Assembly: GCA_036172245.1 (NCBI GenBank)
Contig: JAYWIR010000056.1
Span: 744,001-808,000, forward strand
Direction of reading: 5' to 3'
DNA from: Raillietiella orientalis
Lineage: Eukaryota
DNA: 64,000 nucleotides
The notes under the pieces were generated by a model. It saw only the letters and a list, made by a program, of their open reading frames with translations, searched no databases and was not told the origin of the DNA. Below, piece after piece: positions 28,717 to 40,700 of this stretch. Position 1 is the first letter of the stretch. Each line of letters opens with the position of its first letter. Position numbers and translations under genes: made by a program.

Positions 28717-29220
28717 ATGTGGAATGATCAAATCAAAATAGAGGGTGGAGTGTGGCTAAATAAATTTCTGTACATGGATGCAGAAAAAGTATATCAGGAA
28801 CACCAGAGTCACCTAAGATTTCCTGTTGCAAAGGTTTCTCAAAATTCGTCTTGCCTGCCAGCTGAACAAAAAAGCATTGCAGAAGAAATTGCTAAGGCCC
28901 GCTTAAACATTCAAAAGATCATGTCTGATCTACGTATCCTTTAGCATGTGAACTGCTAACTTTCCTTTACACAGGCAGCTAAACAAGATGACAAGCTTTT
29001 GTTGGAAAGAATCAGTTGTTTAGAAAAGGATAAAATGAATCTACAGCAAGGTCAGATGTCTTAAATTAGTGCTCGTATCTATGTGCAGCTTTCAGTGGTG
29101 AATCAGCAGCAGCATGCATTAGAAGATTTAGCTGAAAGATTAGAATCCTTAGAGAAATTTATTTGGTCATTGGAGCGTCTGACCTTCTCTTTATCTCAAC
29201 AAAATCTGATTAAACAATGA
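28717..29220 (+). CDS. Elongation factor 1-delta-like protein, N-terminal domain and leucine zipper only (137 aa, no GEF domain)
   Basis: Exons 28717-28933, 28979-29050, 29096-29220 (414 nt). VWLNKFLYMDAEKVYQE, IAEEIAKARLNIQK and LERISCLEKDKMNLQQVVNQQQHALEDLAERLESLEK match the three N-terminal blocks of EF1-delta. Confidence 0.8.
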
Positions 29221-29238
29221 AAACGAGGAACTTATTCT

Positions 29239-31284
29239 TTACTCTAAATCTTCTTCTAAGGCTTCTTGTCCCCATGATAGAAGCAAAGATTTACGCCAAG
29301 TGTTGGATTTCTGTTCCATTTGTATGCAGTAGTTTTGTAACTGGATTTTCACTTGGGCATCATCACCATACAATGGCAGTCCTGTGATCTCCTCAAACAG
29401 TTGTTCTGAAGTAGGGCACTGCACATCATGTTTCTTGAAGAACTTACAAACAGAACCTAAGATTTTTTCTGATTATTTGACTCTTACTAGGCAAATATTC
29501 CGGCAGTCTCTAAACAAAAAGTGCATTCCATTTGCTTGGTTAGGATGTACTGACTGACCCACATCAATAAAGTAAACCTGGCCATCCAGCCATAGTATGT
29601 TATATTCAGATAAATCAGCATGAATGAGATTGCAGGATTGATATAATTGCTTCATATTCTGCAAATTCGGATGTTAAGCAGAAATCACCAATGCCTATGA
29701 GTACCTGGGTCACATTATGATAGGTTAGCTCCCAGTCAGCAAGTTCCAGATGGATATCCTTCAAAGTAGGTGCTGGTTTTTGTTTATGACCAATAAAAGA
29801 CATAACAAGAACGTGTTTACGCAGCAAGATTACTTGGGGACATGGGATTTCTGCTTTAGTCATTTGTAACAGATTGCTCTTCTCTTTGCGAGCCCAACAC
29901 TGAATCCACTTACGAGAATTCTGTAAATCAAATTATCACTGCAATTTGGGGATTTCTTACCATATGAGAAGAGTACTTTGGGAACTTTTCTTGGAAGTAC
30001 TGTGTTCGGTTTTTGAATTCATTTAATGTTTTGTATATTTTGATGGCACATCCATCTGGTAGATTTGGATCACCACTGACAGCATGCAAAATTACTGCTT
30101 CCTTGCCGGTACTTATGATTCCAGTGACTTGCTCTAGGATTCCTTTATCCATTAACTTATGTAATATTAAGCGGGTTTTAACATCCAATGCTAGTTCAGA
30201 AGTTGACTTATCCATTTTATCATGTACACGATGCTGACGGTGTTGCTCCTGACAAGAATATACTTTCAGTGAATTGTACACCTATCAACACAAAGGCAGG
30301 AATGTATAATGAGAATTAAATCTTTTCTATACCTTATTTGTAAGTTGCATATCAAAATCACCTCCATCTCCAGTCTGAATGTCTGAAGAGAATTCCATAA
30401 CTTTCAACGCATTCTTTCTCTTATTGAATACAGGATCATGTTTTGTAGTGATAGTATCTCCACAGTTCCTATATCCACACTTTGGTATTGAGGCTAATTC
30501 ACGGGTTTCCTAGTTGTTGGATACATTTTGTGAAAATGCATTTTAATGCCACCTCTATACCAACCAAATTATGGCAATCTTCCTCCCATTTATCTTCTAA
30601 ATCATCCTCTTCATCTTGCTTATGATTTTCAGTAATTCTGAAGTTGTCAAAGGATACACAAACTAGTGTGAGTCATAACTTAGAGGTCTCCCCCTTTCCT
30701 CTCCTTGATATTACCTTTGGAATTCCCATTCAGTTTTCTCTCTACTCTTTCTAATTGCATATGGTGATATTCTTCATCAAACTGCAGTTGCAACATTTGG
30801 GCTAGTAAAAAATCACTGCTGGTGTCTATGCATGTAGGTGCCAGAGAAGGGTTTGTTTCTGATATTTCTCCAAGGGCAAGCAAATCCCTGCAAAATTTTG
30901 ATTTACTATGGATCCATATATTTGTTAGAAGCTGAAATGATCAATTATCTTCAACATTTACCAACAATCATTTGCCATAAGTTGAATATACATTTATATG
31001 AAATGCCATGCAGTCTGTTCCTTACATCGAATTGAATCATATAACAAAAATGAACTGAATTACTAATTCAATACTATATCAGAAATAATATAATTTTTTA
31101 CTTTCACAACAGACCACAAAGCGATTCTATACAGAAAAGAAAAATCATACTGTTCTTGTGTGTATGCTGCCAGTTCTTCTAACATAAGATCCTGAAAAGG
31201 TTTTGTATCTGTGGCATTAATTGTTCCCCAAGGATTCCTGGCTTGATTCACAGTTAAAGAGTCAACTTCCGCGATTACGCTCAT
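29239..31284 (-). CDS. RIOK3: Serine/threonine kinase RIO3, 8 coding exons
   Basis: Exons 31284-31151, 30887-30715, 30662-30553, 30509-30333, 30281-29961, 29920-29705, 29658-29488, 29442-29239. RIO3-type motifs NPWG, SDFLLAQMLQLQFDEE, TTKHD, TGDG..FDMQLTNKVYNSLK; kinase motifs STGKEA, HADLSEYNIL, FIDVGQS. Confidence 0.96.
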
Positions 31285-32356
31285 TTTTGAAAAACAATTC
31301 TGCGCGATTTCTAGAAGCATCTCATAGTTATTATCATATCACAAACAGTATATCAGTGTCACATAATCCTCCCATTAATCCAATCATCAATGTGACTACC
31401 TGAATTTCGCTTCAGCTTTGGAATACCTATTTAAACATTTCCTTAGATCTGTCATCATCGATGCCAATCTTTGAGTTTTGTCAAGGAAAACTTAGACTTT
31501 TTTCTACCAGCATCTAAGTTTACCAGACGAGTACACGTTCCTACTCGGTTTTCCAGTATGCAACACACGCTAACTTCAATCACGGACACCAACATTTCCT
31601 TTTCATGAGAACGAAAGAATTATCTGCATCGGACAGAACAATTTTTTCGATTCTCTGGGCAAACATCCCACCAATGTTTTGTTCGTCCAATCTCGAGCCT
31701 GCTTGCTTTGCTTCATTCGATTTTCCACTACACCACGGTAGCACTCCAAATTGAAAAAAAAAAAAAACACACACACACACACCAAAAAATGAAACCGTGA
31801 AAGAATTTCCGAGATATGTTGGTACTGGCTCATCATGCACTGCTTGTTATTCAATCACTCTTGCTTGCATTACTTCGCGCTTACGTCACGGCAAACGGTG
31901 TTTCCTTACGGTAGCGCACAACGTCAGCGTTCGTATTTATCTTGGATTTCGTTTTGGTGCCAGCACTCGTTTCCTTGTTTAGATAGAGTTTTCACAGGGA
32001 GACTGCGGCAAGGAGAAAAAAAAATTGTTCTGATACAAAAAACCCGTCCAGAAAATCAAAAGAGCTCGAAAGCAGGAAATCTTTAGATCTGCTGACGATC
32101 ATCTATGCACTCTTGTTTGTCTACTGACACTGGTTTCATCAGTCCACAATGATTAAGCGATTGTTATAATTGGGGCATCCAGAAGAGAAAATGATATTAC
32201 ACCTCTGCACTCCATCATCTGGAATCTGCACTCCATTGTTGAAATTGTTTCAGCATATGAATCAGAAAGCCAGATTATTTACAACGATCTTAAACACAAT
32301 AGTGTGATAGGTAGGAGAATAACGGGAACTAAAACAAACGCGGTTGCACGCCAGGA

Positions 32357-32455
32357 TTGGAACCATTCAACGATGAAGAGCAACTTCTAAAGAGAGTGAT
32401 TAAGGGTGATGAGACACAGGTACACCATCTGACCCCGGAAATCAAGATGGCAACC
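32357..32455 (+). mobile_element. Mariner-type transposase remnant
   Basis: Translates as LEPFNDEEQLLKRVIKGDETQVHHLTPEIK, resembling the mariner motif FLxRIVTGDETWVHHYxPE at the first catalytic Asp. Short, and no TIRs were identified. Confidence 0.6.
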
Positions 32456-32999
32456 ACCAATGTCTTAGCTATTAGGTAATTAAGATTGATAAACACCTCC
32501 TTATAAAAATTAGAACTCGTGGGGAAGGAACGTGTGGTGGGTCAACGTGGGTCAACCTATGCTGGTGCATGCAGGGCATCACCAAGAATCTCACGGCTGA
32601 GTCAGCAGTGTCAGAACAACGTCTCCTTCAGAGATCGCGAGCCTTTGGCACAGCATGCAAATACCCAGATAAACAAAATGGAAAAGACACTCCACATTAT
32701 CTAGAGTGCTCCACACGTACAGCACCCTTTATGTATAGGTTGCCGCTAAAGTGCCTCCAGCAAAGTATCTGGGAGCGCCTGAATGCTTTTCAGTACTTTT
32801 CACTATCACTATAAAATGAACTTTTCTACTAATAATTTCATACTCAAACCCAACAAAAATTCAAATAATTATCTTGTCGAAGGAAAGAAACGCATGATCG
32901 GAGAGGGGGTGCGCATCTCCTAGCAATCTGATTCCAAGAGATGCGCTCTTGCACAGGAATCCGGGTTCCCTAGGAACCGTCTCCCGTCCGATGATTCCA

Positions 33000-35900
33000 A
33001 GAGATGCGCTCGGAGGATGGAGATTCCGAGTTCATCTAACTGTGCACTAGCATCCGGTCTTGAGAACTTCCGGTGCGCAAGTGTTACCTGTGTACAGAGA
33101 GCAAAACGAAAGGTATGGGAGAAACTTCATCGAAAATTCGGTTTTTTCTGCGGACTGGAGTCTGCTCCCGTATTCTTTGGATTTGACTCTCTATTTAGTT
33201 TCCAAAAACAGCGATGCTCTCTCCTCGAGTCACCAAAAGGATGCGGCCATTTCTACTTAGGTGGATAGAAGCTTTCCAGTTTTCCACTATCATTGTGTTC
33301 TGAATTCTTTGGATTCCTCGGTGTCGGATTCCATGTTCAGCAGACGCCAAGGGACAGTGGAACTTGCCTCCGGAAACGTCTCCTCAACCCCTTTGCTCTT
33401 CTATGGCAACAGATCGCGCAAATGCTCTTTATAATCGTTCTAGGATCTCTTCCGGAGCCACTTGTTCCGGAGTCGCGACCTCCTGGAGAGCAGATGCGTC
33501 CTCTCATCAGGTGATGTCAAATCGCTCGTCCATTGAGGCGATTCCGAAGTCATCGAATGCACTGAGGGTGCTGAGAGCGTCAAGAGGAGTGGGAGGCTCT
33601 GGTTCATCAGGGCCTGAGAGGTTATCCAAGCGTTGTCATCGCCTGGCCATTGAAGGCATCGGTTGCCATAGCTCCTCCCTCGTTCGGAACCCAGAAACGT
33701 CACTGAGGAGCCAAGGCTTCTGCAGCCACCGTGCATCCCAAAGAAAAGTCATCTTCAAAGGTCAGTGAGCGTTCCGCGAATGTGAATGCTGGGCTTTCCT
33801 CTGCTGACGTGCTAAAGTAACTATGTGTCTACGAGCTCGGGACTCCCTCTAAGGTCTCTCGCGCGGGCTCGCGACAGTGATGAGCTCCTCTATTCCCGAT
33901 CACTGTCGGTCTCTGATGCAACCGTAAGCCTCTCTAAGGTTCCCCATATTCGCCTCCAACTCACGCGTCGCATCTTTGTCAGCTCCGTTCCGGTGCCACC
34001 CCTCAGGAAAGAGGAAATCCGGTCCGCAGAGGGAAGATTCCCCCCACCTTCATCCGCGCCCAATTGTTGACAGAGGCACTGGTGGGGAACGGCGCGTCGA
34101 AGGGATGTCGACGAGTAGGTTCGGTTGCCCCCAGAGCCTCCGCATGCTTGCAAGACCTGGATCCGATGGAACCTTTTCCGGAGAAAGGGAGGAGGAAAAC
34201 TCCTGTGCAAGAGGTTCCCGAGAAGAGGTCGAGGACTTAAGACGTGGTTAGGCAGGACACAGAGATCCTCCAGCACCCCTCTTCCGCTCCGAACGGCCGA
34301 AACGCTAACGGAACACTGCATCGCGCTCCCTGCTGGCGTCATGGCGGACGCTGGACCCGCGCCATCTGCGAAACTGAACGGAACCGTCAGGAGTCGCATA
34401 CGAGGGGAACATCCGAGGGAGCATAGCATCTGTAGGAAGGGTGCCTCCACCCGTGCAGCTCCCCAGGCCGTCAGAAGTCACCACGTGGATGCTCTTCGTT
34501 CCGGGTTCCTAGGAACCGTCATCCGCTTCGTAGCGGTGGTTGAGGATCATTGGAGCAGCTCCGGCGTTTGTTTCGCGCCCGAAGCCTTTCATCTGAAAAC
34601 AAAAAAAAATTCAGGTCAATTGCTAAAACAAAGAAGTACATCGGGGATGGCCACCGACTTGCAGACCGGCTTCTCAGAGGTCAGTAGCGGAAGAAAGGGG
34701 ATGATGAACAAACAGAAATAAAAGGCGGAAGGGTAGGGGCGGGACAGAGTCCTGGGCTTGGACCGCTCCTTCGTTCCTAAAACTAGTCTCTGCTTGGTGG
34801 TGACCTCCCGGAGGACCTCTTGTCCCAAGCGAGGCCGCCTCGCAGCCGTCCTCTTTAAGCCGGCTGTCATGTGGACGACCTTTCTTCGCTGCGTTCGAGA
34901 CTCCACTGCGGAGCGGATGCAGCATCTCGTTGCATCACGGTGCATTCCGTGGAAAATCGCCGCAGCAAATCCGAAGCGGGACGAAGGGGAAAGAGGGGCC
35001 CAGCGGATGGCGGACCACTTGAGGCTGGTCTCCGCCAAATATCCTTCAGGGTTCTGCAGTCCAGCTGCAGGTGGGGAAAGATTCCGTCATACCGCATTTG
35101 GAGCAGTCCGGAAAGGCATCTCTCCCGGAAACCGGGAGATGGCTTTGGTTGCACTGGGATCTCACTTCCCGTGCAGAAATGTCAGGACATCCAGTTTGCA
35201 CTCAAAGGGAAACACATAGGTGTCCTCACTCGGGAGAGAGATCACAAGTTCCTTGGGAGACGCACCGAGAAGGTCGTCCACCAAAGGAGATGGTGGAACT
35301 TCCCTTGGGATTCTCCCGTTTTCCCTGCTTTCTTTCCTGCTTTTTCTTTCCTTTTTTTTGGTTCTCCAGGAGTGCTGAGGAACCACTCGCCTCCTCATGG
35401 GGTGCTCACCAAGATAACGCTATCCATTCGACCCGGGAGTGCGTGTCAACTCTTCAGATTAGGGCGCAACCCCGGAAAGACCGCCCCATGAATCCAGGAA
35501 GGTCCCGGAGGAAGAGACCATTCCTCTCACGCTTGGGAGGGAACCCCGGTGGGAACTCTCTCCCTGGTTGTCTCCCAAGGGAGTCCGCGAACGGAACCTC
35601 TGCCTTATTTACTACGGAAAATCCCCCCGGAGGAAGCGATCTCCTCACTTCTGATCCGGAGGGAACACGGAAAGGATTTTTTCCTGGAATTTCTTCTCCG
35701 GAGGGATTCCTCACAAGGGAACCGCTCCCTGTTTCCTTCTTTGAAGAGAGCCTCGGAGGGATGCTTCCCAATTTCTCTGATGGGAGCTTCTGACACTCTG
35801 AAGAGGCAATTCTCGTGAAGGGTACCAACCAGCACCATGGTACGCGAGGAGGGTCCTCAATGAAGGGGGACGGCCCCATTCGCTCAACCGGAGGGGAACC

Positions 35901-37450
35901 CCGAAGGGAACCGGCTCCTCGATATCCTGGAAGGACCGGTGGATCAGCCTCCAGTTCCGGCTAGTCAACGGGAGCATCCGGCTACCACCGGCGCCGCACC
36001 CGAATGTAGGTCAACAAGCGCCATCCTGTGGGAAAGGTGAACTCGAAACCCGCGCCGCCCTCCCGCTCTTGGGATCGATCCTTCCCCGGGAGGGATTCAA
36101 ATCCGCGACGCTCGGTGCCACGCGCGGAGACCGTAGCCACAGGACCACCAGCGCGGGCCTTGGAGCTACGGCCCTAGAGTTTGTTGCAGAGATCCGTATC
36201 AGAGCTATCTCTCATCGGGGGGTGGCTGCGGAATCTGTCGTGCTAAAGTAACGAGGCTGCTCTCGGAGTGCCATCAAACAGGCAGTGGTGCAGCTTTGCG
36301 TGCGCTTCGGCTACGTCCAAGGATATCTATCCCCCGCTTTCATCCGTCATCTCGAAAGAAGACAATGAGAGGAGCAGCCAAGGCGAGAGTCGTTGTTGCC
36401 CGAGCGCGAAACAAAGGATCCGGCGGGAATGCCCCCTAGAGGAAGCTTCGTCAGAAAGCGACCTGCCAGGGAATTTCTTCCCGACGGAGCTTTCTGAGTG
36501 TCGGGGGATCGCCTGGTCCGTCCTGGAGCTCCCCAAGGACGAGCGGTGCCCCCAGTGGCCTGGACGGGAGGGTTTCTCTGGAACAAACCCCCTCTTCCCC
36601 GTTCCCATGCAGAGGCTTCGCGATTCTTCCCAACAGCTTGGGAAGAACTTGCCGCCTGCTGCTGGAGGAGCGGCGAAACTCCGGAAGTGCGTCTGGCGTG
36701 GGATCACTCCGATGCCTAGGGCGTGACGGAGCTGCCGGTGCCCGCCTCGCGCGCCACGTGCCCAGGAGGGATGTTAGGATGTGCTTGCAGCCTCGGAAGG
36801 AGAGAATGGGACGAACCCACGCGTTTCAGACGCACGGCAGGCGTCGCCGGTCCTCAAGGCACCTCCGCCATTCACCCCATGGGAGTCGTCTCTTTTCGCA
36901 GTGGCTCTCTCGGACTGAAGGAACTGGTCCACTCCCTCGTCTCCCTACGGCAGCGGAGGAGCTCCCAGGCTGGGTCACGTGACAACCTGTAGGGCGCGAC
37001 TTCCACAAGGAGAGGAGCGAGGCCACTCAGCTGGAAACGTCGGGACCGTCATGGACAAGACCGCACTTCTTTCCAGGACGCTGACTGTCACCAGGCAACG
37101 AAAGGCAGAAAGCGATTGCTCTGCCTGTGCGCCCGGGAAAGTGCGTTAAGATTCCGGTGTGTTGCCTGGCTCTACTGCCGTTGATCCGGGATGGAAGGGC
37201 AGCTAGGCGCCGTCCCAGGGTGTGGTCTTCTAAGAATCTGACGCCTCCCAGAGTCCGGCACGGGCTACTGGATGCAGGCATTGCCGCCGCCTTCACGTTG
37301 GCAGCACGTCGCAGCCGGCGGGGCACCACGAAGCCGTCCGGATGACGTCACAAGGACGGCAGGGTGGGCTCGCCGGGGCCCAAGGCGGGAGGGGAGCCTG
37401 AGGTCGAGGAGAAACGGCAACCATGCAGATCCTCATCGCCGCCTCCCCCT
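33000..37450. mobile_element. Mixed degenerate LINE remnants on both strands
   Basis: GC-rich with no conserved long ORF. A plus-strand C-terminal remnant and T-rich tail lie near 34900-35400. On the minus strand, RFLEDHTL...GILTHFPGRTG at ~37240-37120 resembles the RT YADD region. Confidence 0.4.
35290..35990 (+). repeat. Diverged direct repeat, copy 1 (paralogue at 48470-49110); probably the long 3' region of a second LINE family
   Basis: Colinear shared blocks such as ATGAATCCAG.AAGGT.CCGGAGGAAG, GCTTCCCAATTTCT, CAACCAG..CCATGGTAC and CCCGAA.G.AACCGGCTCC. Confidence 0.75.
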
Positions 37451-37765
37451 ATTGCCTCTCTCTCCCGACCACCATCCCTCCATCCAGTGCTTCCGATCCG
37501 TTTTTCCTGAGCCTTCGCGCCACCCGGCTGCTTCCAGCAGACTGCCGAGGTCTACAGAGGCCGTTCCCTCCCTCCAGTGGAGTGAATTATGGCAACTCTT
37601 CCTCTTGCATCTGTTGGTTTCGTCTCGCTCTCTGGCGCCACCGGGCGAGGAATTCCTTGGCTGCTCCTCGGTGCGCGTGCATGCATGACAGATACGCCGG
37701 ACACGGCCGTTGCTTCATTCATACGAAGCAAACATCCCTCTTTTCAGGCGGATCATTCTCGGGAT

Positions 37766-40700
37766 TTACTTCTTAAAGACGTGCTGAACTTCGAGGTCAC
37801 TCTTATCCTTGCATCTGAGTTCTAGGATTTTGATGTCATCGATCGCGTATCCTTTGTTGACCCCCGTTCCCTCGAACACAAGACGAAATGGCCCCGAGTC
37901 CATCACGGCGAACTGAGCGGGCCTCCACTTCACAGGCAGGTTGGTTGCCCACGGCTTCCAGGAGCTCGTCTGGGTCTTCCCTGGACTTGTGCTCCACAGG
38001 ACCACCTGCGGAGAACCATTCGAGCGAAGACGAAGGGGGCAGGGGAACCGGTGGACCCACCTCGCTTGGGAGCGGGTGCTTCGTGAGTGAGGAGTCGTTC
38101 TGAGGTTCCATCCGCTGCAGTACTCTCAAAGAGACGGCGTCCCCGTTGACCTGCTCCAACAGCCAGAACGTGACGCACATGTCTTTATTCGGGTCTTTCC
38201 TGATGATCGGACTGCTGAGGCGAGCGGTCCGAACGGATCTGCCACCCGTAGTCAGTTTGAGGAAAAACCCTACAAGAAACGTCCCCTGACACGGAGCCAG
38301 GAGTCCCACTTCGGGTTCGCTCCCTCCTCGCTCCACTCTGTTCTTGCAGGAGGCCAGGAGCCTCCCACGATCTGAAGCGGCTCAGTTCAAAATCCCGAAA
38401 GATTATAAAAAATAAATATATTACATGTATAACGTGTTACACACGTTACTATTACTACACTGTATGCATATAATAAAAATATATGTATGAGATCGAATGA
38501 GAAACACGTATTCATCGAAAGATCAAAATGCCGAAAATACAATTCGTCAATTGTCGTGTATTGAAAATGACAGAAAAATCAGATACCAAATCTCTTTCTG
38601 CTTTTTTGATTTGTCTACATTGAAAAAAAAAAAAATTCCACGATTTTTTATTGTCATGGCTGTTTTCTATTTTTTATAATTCGATATCCATATATTCAAT
38701 ACATATTTGTTATATATTGAAATTTATATGTAATAAACGTATGCGTTTATTTCTATAATCTTTAATATTAATATTAACAATATGTTAATGCATATTGGTA
38801 ATCATGCCAATAAGATGTGCTAATAAATATTAATCAACATATGTTAAAATAATATTAATATTAATAATATCTATGCTCATATAAATTTATCTGTTAAGGC
38901 ATATATGAATATATGTATTAATATACTGATATATATTTATATGTATATAAATATATTAATATATATGTATTAATGTACATAATAGGCATATATATTCGTT
39001 TTTTTAATAACCTTTATGATATATATTGATCTCTCTATAAAAAATACATCAATATATATCATAAATACATTATTAATTACAGAAATATATACAAGAAACA
39101 TTTATATTCATTTTTAATAATCGTTCGGGGTGTGGATGGGCACCCCGTTACTCCCGTGGCTACGTTGCCTATTCTCCCTGGGAGCGCGTTCCTCTACCAG
39201 CGGTTACCGCGGGCGGTTGGCTGTACGCGCTGCAAGAAGTGCTCGTGCCTCGTGGCTGCGCAACTTCAAGAAACCAGGTGATTTCCGGTCGCTGCGCCCC
39301 CCCCCCCTCCAAGCAACACCCGCATGCTGTCCTCCGAGACTCAATTTCAACAGCGGAGGGAATGCTTTTGCTGCGCCTTCCTCCTCCTCCCTATCAAGTG
39401 TGGCGTCGACGGGAAACGCATCTACGGAAGCCTACGCGGGAAAGATGGAGTCTCCGAGGGAATTCACCTGGACGGCCCCGGGTGCGGCGGCGGAGGCGCA
39501 CAGCAAGGCGGGTTACCAGAACGCGGAAACCCTTGCTGGCCGTGTCTCTCAAGTCGCAGGGACCGGATGTTCAAGAAGGACACGCCCGGAGGAGTTTCAC
39601 AGAAGCCAAAGGTCGGCTCAGAGGCTGCGGATGCGCGCATCCGCCGAGGGCGCTACGCAAGCGGGCCCTCGTCGGAGGGTTCTTTCGTTACCAGACGACA
39701 ATCCCTCGGGCATATGCGAGAGAAGGGGACGCTCACTGCCCGACAGGGCCCGGCCACTTCCGAGCGATCAGGTGATTCCCTTCACAGCCCCCTCACCCGG
39801 CCACTCCCTGCTCTCCTTCCAGCTGAGTCTCTCTATCCTCGGAGAGCTCTTCTCCCACCCGCAGTGCACGTCCTCGGAGTCGCTGCTGTATCCGCACAGA
39901 TCCTCGTCGTAGTCGAAGTTGCAGTCTCCGACGTGGACCTCGGACTCGGGGGGGAAGGCTGGAAGATGGAGGCACTCGCCGACGCGACCCTTGGCAGGTG
40001 GTGCGCCTTACTCTGACAGTCTCCTTGCGAAAGCACCACATCGTCGATGGCGAAGGTGGTGTTGCCCCTCACGGAGTTGAAGACCGCTTCCATGATTACC
40101 TAGACGGGAGAGGGTGGGGTGTCAAGTCGCGCGACCACGCTTCCGGTCGCCCACATACATAACCCTCGCCAAATCCCCTTCCCTATTCCTCCACAGCCAG
40201 AGACCTGGCGCGGCAAAGAAGGAGACTCCAATGTTCCCAGGCGAACGCACCCTCTCGCAGAGCCACTTTGGGACTTTTCCAAATGGGAGCCCTCAGAGAC
40301 GGGTTCGGTTGCTGCGTTGCTCTTGCGGGTGCCATTTTTTTTCCCCAACGAAAGTCCTTCTTCAGTTGAGCTCTTCCGGGCTTTTCACAGGTGCTTGCAA
40401 CGAAGCACTCGACTCCCATGCGGAGCGGACGAAGCTTCCTGAATCCTCCTTCTTCCCCTTCGTTCTTTCTTACTCCTCCTTCTCTCTGCACCCCCCACCC
40501 CCTCGCCAGTCTTCTCCCGCCCGCGCCGCCATCGCTCTATGGCTTCTTTCCTTGTCCTTCCTCCGATGCCTTCTTGCTTACCTTCCCGCCCGCTCCCTAT
40601 TTTCACCCTCCTCTCTTTCTGAGGCTTCGCCTCTTCTGCTGGCTCTCCTGCTCTCCCTCCGACATCGCGAACGACGATGTTCGTGGACGGAAAAGGAGAG

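Noticed and set aside
35370..35445. HDV-like ribozyme (GCCTCCTC..GG)
   Set aside because: Lacks the GG needed for P1.1 and a convincing P4/J4-2, and P2 is not kept in the second copy.
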